Source: a virus. Taken from it: a stretch of DNA of 64,000 nucleotides. The position numbers and the translations under genes were made by a program. This document shows, piece by piece, positions 18,963-28,962 of this stretch. The stretch lies in IMG/VR virus record IMGVR_UViG_3300014050_000006, positions 32,001 through 96,000 of that record; one strand, given 5' to 3'. Positions within the stretch are counted from its first letter, which is position 1, and each line of letters begins with the position of its first letter. The notes under the pieces were generated by a model, which had not been told where the DNA came from, ran no database searches, and saw only the letters and a list, made by a program, of their open reading frames with translations.

Positions 18963-21900
18963 TAAACCCCCTTGGACATTCTATCGTAACTCCTACTGTT
19001 TTGGAATTTTAATAAATCAGCAGATATCCCCTTTATTGTTTTTGTGCTGTATTGCAAAGTTGTAGATATTCCTTGTTCTGAAATTTGTATATTAAAGCCT
19101 TCTAAACCTTTTTTAATTTCTGCAGCATAATCTTCCATTTCTGGTAATCCTTTGATTTCTAGGCTCAAACTATCGTCTGGATTAAGATTAGAAAAAACAT
19201 TTCCAGTATAAGCATTATGTATTCCAGTTATATAAGCTGTATTAGGTACACATCCATAACCTCCACCTTTTCCACTAAAAGCATGAAAATCATCATCTGT
19301 AAATTTATTATATGCAACATCAAAATTTCTAACATCAGCAGCACAAGACATATTAGTATCTATTCCAGTTTGAATTTTTGGTAAAGTTACTGCTTGATTA
19401 AAAGATTGAGTGGCGTACACTCTATATGCTGGTACTCTAAAACCTTCATTTTGTAAACCTTGGTCACAACTAGTAGCTTTATCTCCTTTAGATTCAGTAG
19501 CCTTTAGAAGATCTTTCTCAATTAATTTATCACTATTTTTTGGAACAAAAGTATGTGGAGGAGTGATTATTAAAGGTAATTTTAAACTTTTAAATTCAAT
19601 TTCATGACAATTACTGTTCAACAATCCAATTGGAGTTAATGGAGAATATTTACCACCAACTCTTCTTAACATTTTTCTATTAACTGTAGCAAGAGTATCA
19701 GTTGGATGTTTTTCTTTTGTTTTGTCAAATTCATCAGCAAAAGCAGGTTTAACATCAAATATTCCAGTATTTACAGCAAAAATTTTAATTTGTTTCATTA
19801 TTCCACTTTTATATGCTTCAGTTTGACCATAACCAAAAGCAAATTCTAAAAAGTTAGAACCTGGAGGAACACCCCCATTACCAAATAATCTCCATTCTAA
19901 TTGACCTATGTTTTTATTTATATAATCATTATAAGTTTCTTGAAAATATTGTGGTTCTGGAAGCCATTTTGGTTGCCGTTCTAAAATAACAGCTGTTTGT
20001 TCAAATCTAGGTATATGTTGATCTGCCTTTTTAATAGAAAACATGCCATTTCCACCATCTGCATCTCTATATCTTTGAGGAGTATCTGATAATTGTACAA
20101 TATCTAAATTATTAACTTTTGCTTGTACTATGTTAAATCCTTGAGTTGAACCTGGAATAGAGCTATTAACTTGTCCTTTGGATCCTTTTACTGGATCTGC
20201 TACTCTAATATTAGAAAGATTTCCAGTTCCAATCACACATCCTAAATATCCACTTTTATAATATTTATATTTTGTTAAAGGATGCGCTCCAATTCCATCT
20301 TTTTTAGAATAAATATTTGCTGTTCCATCTGCAGATTCAATATTCGTATTAGATTTAACAAATTCTTCATTTCCTGTAATACCACATAATCTAAAAAGAT
20401 GTTCTCTAATATAAAATTTTCCAAGAAAATCATAGAGTTCATCTTCCATATCGTATCTTTTTTGCAATGAATCTTCATTTACTTTTGCTACAACAAAAAA
20501 ACCACTATTTGCAATAAAATTTAATCCATCAAATGGTTCCATACTTTTTACTAAATCATTCCATGCAGCATTAGCTATTTTTTGATATTTAGTTCTCTCT
20601 CGATCTGCTTTTGATAAATTGCAATCTATAACAGCTAATATTGACATGTCTCCCATTTCTGGAATTAATTTTGGATTTGTTTTTTCAGTATCTTCATCTC
20701 CTGGAAGTTGTCCAAATGAGGAGGAAGAGGAAGATGATGATGCATCTATTTCTCCAAAATCAACAAGATAATTCATTGCTTTTTTTGATGTAGTTATATC
20801 ATAAATTTTTCTCATCCAAAATAAATCTCTTAATAATGGATTATAAGCTCTTAATACTGCTCCAAGACAATCAGTATTAGCATTAATTCTTGCACCATTA
20901 GGAGTTGATCTTGTTCTATTTCCTAAATAATCTGCCCCATATAATGCAGAAAGTACAAAAGTTGTAGCTTTAGAACAATCTGAATTTTTTCTTTCGCCTC
21001 CTCTTTCATACCAAGATATTACGCCCCTTTGAACTGTATTCTCTGAAGATACTTCGTGTTCATAAGATATTAATTTAGTTGTCTTATATTTACCTATAAT
21101 TTCACCAACTGGAACTTGAATTTCTTTTGAAGAAATATCAATGAATTTAATTACTTTATTTACTATATCATAATACCAATTAAGCCCGAAATCATTTGCC
21201 CAACGAGTTAAAACTTCTCTTAATGTTCCAAAATGATCTCTATAAAATTTTGTATATTTAACACTATTTGAAGATATTCCTTGCGGAGCTTCTATTGTAA
21301 TTTCAGAGTTACCTTGTTTTGGTTTGAATTCATTGATTGCTTCTATTAAATCTTTAAAAGAATAAGCTACTTCAAATATTGTAGTATAAGCTAATTCTTT
21401 ACAACGATTATCATATTTATCTTCTGGACAACTTGGACATGGATCGCAGGGATCAACATTAAATGCTTCTTGATGATCTATCAAATTATCTTTATTTTCA
21501 TCGCAAGGATGAAATAATCTTCCAAGAATCCAAAAATTATTTGTTTTCTTTAATCTAAATTGTTCATCAGTAACCGAAGATGTACCACTACTACTACTGC
21601 TGCTGCTACTGATAGGAGATGGTATTCCAAGATATTCTGCAAATGTTTTTCCATTCATTTTAGTATTATCTTCTTCAAATTTTTTAGTCCATCCGTGTTT
21701 GCTATTTAATCCAATATATATTTTATCTAAAATAAAACTTGGATCTATAAAATAAACTTGTAAAATATTTCCTTGAGACGAATATGTATTTTTATACTTA
21801 TATGGATACATATCTCCAAGATCTAAATTTCCAATTTTGACTTTTACAGAAGTTTGAAAATTAATTATAGGTTTTTGATATACACCATTATCACTTACAA

Positions 21901-22027
21901 CATTTATTTGTAATTCACTTGGTTTTTCACTAAAACTTGGATTAAAATTACAATAGTATATTCTACCGCCCATATATCGATCTGAGCCGTTTAATGTTAT
22001 AGATTCTATTTTCTTTTTACTAGGCAT
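18962..22027 (-). CDS. Putative tail hub/tail-tip protein
   Basis: Position after the distal tail genes; GTLREVLTRWANDFGLNWYYD resembles a hub-type motif; Ser runs and PCDPCPSCP cluster. Confidence 0.5.
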   Translation of the reverse strand: MPSKKKIESITLNGSDRYMGGRIYYCNFNPSFSEKPSELQINVVSDNGVYQKPIINFQTSVKVKIGNLDLGDMYPYKYKNTYSSQGNILQVYFIDPSFILDKIYIGLNSKHGWTKKFEEDNTKMNGKTFAEYLGIPSPISSSSSSSSGTSSVTDEQFRLKKTNNFWILGRLFHPCDENKDNLIDHQEAFNVDPCDPCPSCPEDKYDNRCKELAYTTIFEVAYSFKDLIEAINEFKPKQGNSEITIEAPQGISSNSVKYTKFYRDHFGTLREVLTRWANDFGLNWYYDIVNKVIKFIDISSKEIQVPVGEIIGKYKTTKLISYEHEVSSENTVQRGVISWYERGGERKNSDCSKATTFVLSALYGADYLGNRTRSTPNGARINANTDCLGAVLRAYNPLLRDLFWMRKIYDITTSKKAMNYLVDFGEIDASSSSSSSSFGQLPGDEDTEKTNPKLIPEMGDMSILAVIDCNLSKADRERTKYQKIANAAWNDLVKSMEPFDGLNFIANSGFFVVAKVNEDSLQKRYDMEDELYDFLGKFYIREHLFRLCGITGNEEFVKSNTNIESADGTANIYSKKDGIGAHPLTKYKYYKSGYLGCVIGTGNLSNIRVADPVKGSKGQVNSSIPGSTQGFNIVQAKVNNLDIVQLSDTPQRYRDADGGNGMFSIKKADQHIPRFEQTAVILERQPKWLPEPQYFQETYNDYINKNIGQLEWRLFGNGGVPPGSNFLEFAFGYGQTEAYKSGIMKQIKIFAVNTGIFDVKPAFADEFDKTKEKHPTDTLATVNRKMLRRVGGKYSPLTPIGLLNSNCHEIEFKSLKLPLIITPPHTFVPKNSDKLIEKDLLKATESKGDKATSCDQGLQNEGFRVPAYRVYATQSFNQAVTLPKIQTGIDTNMSCAADVRNFDVAYNKFTDDDFHAFSGKGGGYGCVPNTAYITGIHNAYTGNVFSNLNPDDSLSLEIKGLPEMEDYAAEIKKGLEGFNIQISEQGISTTLQYSTKTIKGISADLLKFQNSRSYDRMSKGV

Positions 22028-25000
22028 TGAAATAATTATCCGTATTATTATATATAGTTACAGTTGATTTGTCATAAAAAGTTGGATTATAAAATTTATC
22101 ATTTTCAGATATTTCATAATAACTATCAGACCTTAGCTTAATACCATTAAGCCAAATTAATTCGCTATTTTTGCTAAATCTAGGTAAATCAAAAGTATAC
22201 ATATTACCAGTAAATCTAATATAATCAACCAATACATTGAATCCATGAATTAATCCTGTAACAGGAATATTTCCAGTAATAAAGTCAATATTTGGTGAAT
22301 TAAAATTATACTGATATCCACTTATTAACTTTTGACCATTTAAATATAAGAAGTCTTTAGAATTTAAAATATCAGAATTTTGACCAGTATAATTTAAAAA
22401 TATTTCACCAGTTTTAATAAAATCTGCTTCTAAATTATCAGTAAATTCATAGAATGAAATTGGTGATCCTAAATTAATATTTGATATAATATAATTTTGA
22501 CCAGTAATTTGAGCTACTCCATTTAAATTAACTAAATAATTCAATCCAGTTGTATTAAATCTAAAGTCTTTTGAGGCTTTACTCATGAATAATGAATTAT
22601 TTAAACTAATATCTAAACCACTATTAATTTGGAAAAGATAAATTTCTATAATATCTTTTTCATCTAAGTATTGATTAATAAGCAAAATGTCTACGCCAAG
22701 TTCTTGCAAGAATTGAATATTCTTTGTAAGATAATAATTTTTAGTATATTGTAAATTACTATTTTTTGTTGCAATCAAAGCATTATTTTGATCAAATATA
22801 GTTTTAGATTGTAAAGTATGATAGCCAGAATCTAAATATAAAGTTTCTAATCCATCGACACTAGTTCCATTATTAGTATAACTAAATTCATAAATATAAT
22901 TTCCAGTTTTTGAAATATCATAAATTCCAGAAGAAAAGCCAGTTTGATAAGTTTGATTTGTTAAAATTAATTTTTGAGAACTAGAAGATGAAGTAACTAA
23001 ATCTATTCCAGTTAATACATTACCAGTAATAACTCCAATAATTCCAGAAACAAGATAAAGTGGAAATCCTGTTCCACAAAAATCTGGTATATCTTTATAC
23101 CAACCAGTATTATATCCAGTTACTCCAGAGAATAATACTTGATTTTCATAACCAGAGATTTGACTTATTATAGTTGTTATTGTTTCTGTTATTATAGTTG
23201 GCCTTTCTACTTCTATGTTATAAATAAAATTAACATTACCAGAAACTAAATTTTTAACTTGTTGACCAGTAATATATTCATAATATGTTCCAAATTGAGA
23301 ACTATTATATTGTTTGACTCCGCTAACTATTTTTGGATAAAATCCTGTTTGCGTACCCCAGCCAGTTAATATTTCATTTTGTAGTAAAGCATTTAAAAAG
23401 CCTCCACCTCCTCCTATTTGTTTCACTCCAGTTAAATAATTTCCACTACTTGAATAAGATCCAGTACTTCCCCAACCACTTATTGTATTATCATTAAATA
23501 ACACTAGTCCAGCAACCAAACCAGCTTCTATATCAGATACTCCAGTTAGTAAATTTAATTTATTATTATTCCAATTTCCACTCCAAATTGTAGAAGTATT
23601 ATAAGGATCAATTTGATAAAATTGATTATTTCCCCAGCCAGTAATAGTTCCATCGTTTTTTAGTGCATAAACATGAGCACTTCCTGCTGATATTTTATTT
23701 ATTCCTGTTAATTGTGCAACTACAGTTTCTTCAAAAATACCAGTAAATGTATTAGAATAATCAGTATTGTATACATAATCTAATTGAACATATTTTGGTT
23801 TAATAGTGATATCACCATAATAGCCATTTTCTACAACTCCTGACCATCCAGTTAAAGGTAAAATTCCGCTACCAGTAGAGTCATTATAATAAAGAATTAA
23901 ATCTAAAAATCCATCATAAACTGACCATTTATTTGTAATATTTACTGGATCTATTCTTATTTCATAAGAGGAATTTATATTTCTATATACGATTTGTCCT
24001 GGAACAAAAGTATTATCATATGTATATAATATATTTACTCCTGTATCTAAGCTATTTTCAATCACTACTTGATATGGAATATTTAAATCATTATTTGTTG
24101 GTACGCTTGTATTACCACTTATTTTAATAATATCAGATAAACCACTATAATCTAAAACCCAGCCAGTTGTATCGTTGTATAAGGAAAGACCAAAATTTTC
24201 AAGATCATTAGAATATTTATATGCTGGTTTAGAGTTGTATTGCCCAGTATAGTTTAAAGTTAATCCAGAAAGATAGTTCCAATCACTATATATGCCAGTA
24301 ATTTGTATTTTTAAAGGATATCCTAAAATTTTATCATTTATTCCAGCTACTTGTCCATAATTATTATATCCCCAGCTAAGAACACTTCCATCATTTTTAA
24401 GAAAAACAGAAAAATATAAACCTAAATCAATTTGAGCAATATCTGTTAATTGACCAAGTGGAGTATCATTATAATTTCCAGTAAAAAGACTAGAAAATAT
24501 GTCATTATATTCGGTTGTTCCATAAATTGCACCCAGATAATTCCAACCCCAACCAGTAACAGTTCCATCATTTTTTAATGCTAAACAACTATTATTTTTA
24601 CATGCAATATCTTTAATATCAGTTAATTGTCCAACTAATGAACCTGTCCAATCTCCAACATAAGATTGATCTCCATATAATTGACCTAAACCATTATATC
24701 CCCAACCAGTTATTGTACCATCATTTAATAAAACTATTGATGTTTTAGAAGAAGTTTGACCAACTTGAAATATTTGTGTTTTTTTAATTTTATTTTTTAA
24801 TGATAAAAATTTAGAAGTATCTAATTGAGTAGAAACTCCACTATTTCCAGTAAGATCTAAACTATAATTACTTCCAGTTATACTACCATAAATTATTCCA
24901 GTATTATCTAAAAATGTATTATCAAAATAACCAGTTACATCAACATAACTATCAAAAATATGAGTAACATTTGTTGGATAATTTTCATATCCATAAAATT

Positions 25001-25736
25001 CACTATTTTTTTGGAATGTATAATAATGATTTAAATTAAATGCAAATTGATCTATAATTTTATTTAATTGAAAGTTTGTTATGTTATCTTTTATTAAAAT
25101 AAAATCTCTTATATATCCACTATAATTTGGAAAATTAGAAAATCTACCGCTACCTAAAACTATCGAACCAGTAACATTAGGAGTCGAATTGTTGTCAATT
25201 TCAAAAGCTTCTGTATAAAAATCATCATAAGCTGCATTGTAATAATTAACGAAAATGTTATTTTCATATCCTCTAAAACAAACAATTCCTTTTGTGTCAA
25301 GATGATAAACTGGAGAAAGATATTTTAAGTTTTTATTTGAATCATAATATTCTATAATCAAATTATTATAATCATTAATACAAACATTAAAACCATAATA
25401 TTGACCATCATTTCCAGTATTTAAATTAGAAAATAAAACGCATGGACCATTTCCTGTTTTTTCGTAATTAACTATGAATGTATAAGAATTTAATTCTAAA
25501 TCTTTTAAAGATATATCAACTCTATTGGTTGTATCAAAAAATAAATATCCAGATTTTATGTTTAAATTTGTGTTTAAATTTGATCCAACATAAACACCAG
25601 TATAATTTATATACTCTGTATTATTATAAATATAATTATTACCACTAAAATTTTCACTATCGAAAAAATAATGAACTAAATAATTTTCAGATTCAACGCT
25701 TAAGTTATTTAAAAAATATTGAGTACTTTTTTTCAT
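22020..25736 (-). CDS. Tail protein with N-terminal LamG-like domain and RCC1/BLIP-II repeats
   Basis: N-terminal LamG-like region (IVLGSG...YSGYIRDFIL); repeats ALKNDGTVTGWGxNxxGQ. Confidence 0.75.
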   Translation of the reverse strand: MKKSTQYFLNNLSVESENYLVHYFFDSENFSGNNYIYNNTEYINYTGVYVGSNLNTNLNIKSGYLFFDTTNRVDISLKDLELNSYTFIVNYEKTGNGPCVLFSNLNTGNDGQYYGFNVCINDYNNLIIEYYDSNKNLKYLSPVYHLDTKGIVCFRGYENNIFVNYYNAAYDDFYTEAFEIDNNSTPNVTGSIVLGSGRFSNFPNYSGYIRDFILIKDNITNFQLNKIIDQFAFNLNHYYTFQKNSEFYGYENYPTNVTHIFDSYVDVTGYFDNTFLDNTGIIYGSITGSNYSLDLTGNSGVSTQLDTSKFLSLKNKIKKTQIFQVGQTSSKTSIVLLNDGTITGWGYNGLGQLYGDQSYVGDWTGSLVGQLTDIKDIACKNNSCLALKNDGTVTGWGWNYLGAIYGTTEYNDIFSSLFTGNYNDTPLGQLTDIAQIDLGLYFSVFLKNDGSVLSWGYNNYGQVAGINDKILGYPLKIQITGIYSDWNYLSGLTLNYTGQYNSKPAYKYSNDLENFGLSLYNDTTGWVLDYSGLSDIIKISGNTSVPTNNDLNIPYQVVIENSLDTGVNILYTYDNTFVPGQIVYRNINSSYEIRIDPVNITNKWSVYDGFLDLILYYNDSTGSGILPLTGWSGVVENGYYGDITIKPKYVQLDYVYNTDYSNTFTGIFEETVVAQLTGINKISAGSAHVYALKNDGTITGWGNNQFYQIDPYNTSTIWSGNWNNNKLNLLTGVSDIEAGLVAGLVLFNDNTISGWGSTGSYSSSGNYLTGVKQIGGGGGFLNALLQNEILTGWGTQTGFYPKIVSGVKQYNSSQFGTYYEYITGQQVKNLVSGNVNFIYNIEVERPTIITETITTIISQISGYENQVLFSGVTGYNTGWYKDIPDFCGTGFPLYLVSGIIGVITGNVLTGIDLVTSSSSSQKLILTNQTYQTGFSSGIYDISKTGNYIYEFSYTNNGTSVDGLETLYLDSGYHTLQSKTIFDQNNALIATKNSNLQYTKNYYLTKNIQFLQELGVDILLINQYLDEKDIIEIYLFQINSGLDISLNNSLFMSKASKDFRFNTTGLNYLVNLNGVAQITGQNYIISNINLGSPISFYEFTDNLEADFIKTGEIFLNYTGQNSDILNSKDFLYLNGQKLISGYQYNFNSPNIDFITGNIPVTGLIHGFNVLVDYIRFTGNMYTFDLPRFSKNSELIWLNGIKLRSDSYYEISENDKFYNPTFYDKSTVTIYNNTDNYFNA

Positions 25737-27274
25737 GTCAAATCCTTAAATGTAGAATCATTTCCAACTTTTTGTATTACATAAGAAAATGATTTATTTT
25801 GAGCATCGATTCCATATTCATCTTTTAATAATAAAGTTTTACTTAAATTTGCTAAATCTCCACTTTTTTCTACATTTTGAACAAATGCTATTTGAGGAGC
25901 CGAATTAGTATATTTACCTTGAATAGAAATATTTATAATTGAATTATTTGCATAATCTAAATTTTCTAAATAATATACTCCTTTTCCACTTAAAATTGGC
26001 GCAAAACTATTTTGTGGGAATCCAGCTTGATAATCAACATTTAAGCTTAAATCATAAAGCTGAACTCCTTGAGTTCCACCAATAACAGAAGGAGACTGTA
26101 TATAACTTTCAGAATAAGTAGAAACTTGAGTAGCGATTCCGTTGCCTTCACTACTTGATTCTAGAAAAAGTTCTTCTGAGAGAGGATTATAATCTTTTAT
26201 TATTTTAGAAATATTTTTAGATAAATCAGTCGCTGTTCCATCGGCAGATCTTATAATTGTTGATGGTCTTGATTCAGAATTAAAAACAGCATTTGTAGTT
26301 TTATTCAAAAAATCAAAATTAAAACTTAATGTATTATTGACTTTATTTCCATTTTGAGTTATTGTTAAATCGTTTGAATAAGTTGTATTTATTTCCATTA
26401 CTTTTTGTACATTATCATAACTTGCAGTATTTGATATTACTTTAAAATATGAAGGAACTGAAAAAGGATTAGTTTTTATTAAACCTTTTAAATCGTTTTC
26501 TGTTGTATTTATTCCTCCATTGGCTACAGATATTACATTTATTGTTGCTAATCCATCTATTCCAGATTGAATTTGTGCAGAATGTTTTATTATACCTTTT
26601 TTACTCAAATCTTTCTGTAATAAATTTGCTGTAAAATTTTGTTGTATATTATAGCTTCCATTAGTAATATCTGCTGTTTCAGAAGAACTATTAAATACAA
26701 TATTAGAAAAATTTCCATTTTTAGAAATTTTTGAATAATTCAATCTCCAATTTTGTACTTGACCAGTTAATAATTGAGCAAAACTCTTTGCATTATTTAC
26801 AGCGCTAGATCCATCAATACTTACTGCGGTTACATTTATGTTTCTATTTATACTTATTGTTCCATCAAGATTTTCAGTAACACTTATTTCATTTTTTACA
26901 TCAGTAAGATTATTTTGATTATCATCCATAAAACTATAGCATTCACATTCTACAGTATATGGAACATGACCAATCCAATTAGATTCATTTAAAGTAATAT
27001 TTGAAAGTGTGCAAGGTCCATTATTCAATTGAGAAAAACTATTTAAAAATGAATTGATTCCAATTACTGCTTGATTAGGAATATCTTGTTCAACTCCTTG
27101 AGGAAGATATTCGCCTTCTATTGTAAAAATCACTTTATTTGCGTACTGAGTTGGTCCATTAAATATAGGTTCTATCCTTTTTGTAGCAAAAGTTGTTATT
27201 TTCTTATTATTTAAAGATGACCCCTCTAATAATGATGAGCTTAAAGCAGAATAAGGTAAAGATAGATTGCTCAT
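25733..27274 (-). CDS. Putative distal tail protein
   Basis: Second gene after the tape measure; beta-rich and appears paralogous to 27274..28959. Confidence 0.45.
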   Translation of the reverse strand: MSNLSLPYSALSSSLLEGSSLNNKKITTFATKRIEPIFNGPTQYANKVIFTIEGEYLPQGVEQDIPNQAVIGINSFLNSFSQLNNGPCTLSNITLNESNWIGHVPYTVECECYSFMDDNQNNLTDVKNEISVTENLDGTISINRNINVTAVSIDGSSAVNNAKSFAQLLTGQVQNWRLNYSKISKNGNFSNIVFNSSSETADITNGSYNIQQNFTANLLQKDLSKKGIIKHSAQIQSGIDGLATINVISVANGGINTTENDLKGLIKTNPFSVPSYFKVISNTASYDNVQKVMEINTTYSNDLTITQNGNKVNNTLSFNFDFLNKTTNAVFNSESRPSTIIRSADGTATDLSKNISKIIKDYNPLSEELFLESSSEGNGIATQVSTYSESYIQSPSVIGGTQGVQLYDLSLNVDYQAGFPQNSFAPILSGKGVYYLENLDYANNSIINISIQGKYTNSAPQIAFVQNVEKSGDLANLSKTLLLKDEYGIDAQNKSFSYVIQKVGNDSTFKDLT

Positions 27275-28959
27275 TATATTTTTACCTCTGATGGTTGTTG
27301 GGCTTGTAAAGCTATGTTATTTCTTTCTCTATATCCACCAAAATTTAACCAAGTTGCACTACCTTGAAAAGTTCTACCTATCAAATCTGATGAAATATTT
27401 ATTGATTTAATAATCCCATCTTTATAATTATCTTTAATTAATCCTATGAATGTTTTAATGTAAGCTTTAATATCAGAACTATTTTTAAATAAAGCTTGGA
27501 CCTTTAAATTCGATTCTGTTGGTCTTGATTGACTACTTTCTTGAATTAATTCTTCTCCTGGAGTAAGACCACCAATAACAATAAATTGATTTGCTAAATG
27601 AACTGGTGATTGATTTGTCAATTCTGCAGAACCATAAATCATAGTTTGATTAGAAGTATTAAAATTTGGCCTGCTTTCATAAGTTAAACTAAAATTAACT
27701 GATCCTTCACTAATATTATATGAAACATCGCCATTTGTAATATAAGTTTTATATTTTGCTTGTGTTATATCGTTTTTCATATCAGTAAAATTTTTTGCAC
27801 TTGAAAATTTATTTTTATAATTGCTATCAAAATATTTTTTTGCATTATTTAATTTATTATTTTTATTAAAATCTATTTCTTTATCTGTAGGACTTCCTAT
27901 ACCAGTTATAGTGCCTCTAATAATTTTTCTTTTTGAATTTTCTTTTTTAAGATCTTCTATTGTAGTTATAATTTCAACCCGAACTTGATTAACATATTCT
28001 GGTTCATTAGTGATAGAAACGCTAGATTGAGCTGTACCAGATGCTTCATCTACGGTTATTTGACTATTAGAAACTAAAAATATATTTCTATATCCAATTG
28101 GTAAATTTCCATAACTTAATATATAATAATTAGTAACAAATTGTGTGCATCTTCCTAATGCTCCACTAGCTTCAGACAAAGCTTTAGGAATTAAATCTTG
28201 TATTGTATATGTATCTTTTTCTATTTTAATTTGAGTATTTTCACTTGCGATAATTGCTCCGTTATTTTGTATATTGTAATTATTAGATCTTAAAATTGCA
28301 AATCCACCACTGCTTTCTCTGAATTTATTTTTTACTTCTATATATGTATAGGTTGCAGTTTTTTCATCATAAACATTTGAAGCTGTTGTCCTTGATGCAG
28401 TTAATGAAAATATATTGATTTGACCTAATATAGCACGAGCAATATTATTTGCTGCTCCTTCAGTAAAACTATTAGCATTAGGAGCAAAAGTTAATCCAAC
28501 TGAAGTAGTTAGAGTTTCACCTTCTAAATCTTGTTCTTTAATTTGAGTTATTTTAATATCTTCTAAATCTCTTAGTTGTGATGTAGTAATTCCATATTGA
28601 GTTAGACCAGATGAACTTACTGTTTCGTATATTTCAAATGTGATTGAAAAATCTTTGCTTTGTACATCTTGATTATTTGTTTGATCAAAATCAATACTAG
28701 TTATTTTTACTCCAGTATAAGATACTAGATTTGCAAAATTAAGAGTACAGTTTTTTGCTGATTTATTATCTTCAATCGCATTAATTTGATTCCAAATTTG
28801 TGAATATCCATTTTGGTTATTTAATGACAAAAGTTTTCCTTTTACAGTAATCTCTTGTACCATTTTTAATAAAAAATTAGCTTGGTTTTTTTCTATCTTT
28901 TTAGTAGCACTAGTTATTTGTGGGTAATCTAAAGATATATTAAATACTGGATTTGCCAT
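27274..28959 (-). CDS. Putative distal tail protein
   Basis: Immediately downstream of the tape measure; beta-rich with an ITVKGKL-type motif. Confidence 0.5.
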   Translation of the reverse strand: MANPVFNISLDYPQITSATKKIEKNQANFLLKMVQEITVKGKLLSLNNQNGYSQIWNQINAIEDNKSAKNCTLNFANLVSYTGVKITSIDFDQTNNQDVQSKDFSITFEIYETVSSSGLTQYGITTSQLRDLEDIKITQIKEQDLEGETLTTSVGLTFAPNANSFTEGAANNIARAILGQINIFSLTASRTTASNVYDEKTATYTYIEVKNKFRESSGGFAILRSNNYNIQNNGAIIASENTQIKIEKDTYTIQDLIPKALSEASGALGRCTQFVTNYYILSYGNLPIGYRNIFLVSNSQITVDEASGTAQSSVSITNEPEYVNQVRVEIITTIEDLKKENSKRKIIRGTITGIGSPTDKEIDFNKNNKLNNAKKYFDSNYKNKFSSAKNFTDMKNDITQAKYKTYITNGDVSYNISEGSVNFSLTYESRPNFNTSNQTMIYGSAELTNQSPVHLANQFIVIGGLTPGEELIQESSQSRPTESNLKVQALFKNSSDIKAYIKTFIGLIKDNYKDGIIKSINISSDLIGRTFQGSATWLNFGGYRERNNIALQAQQPSEVKI

Positions 28960-28962
28960 ATT

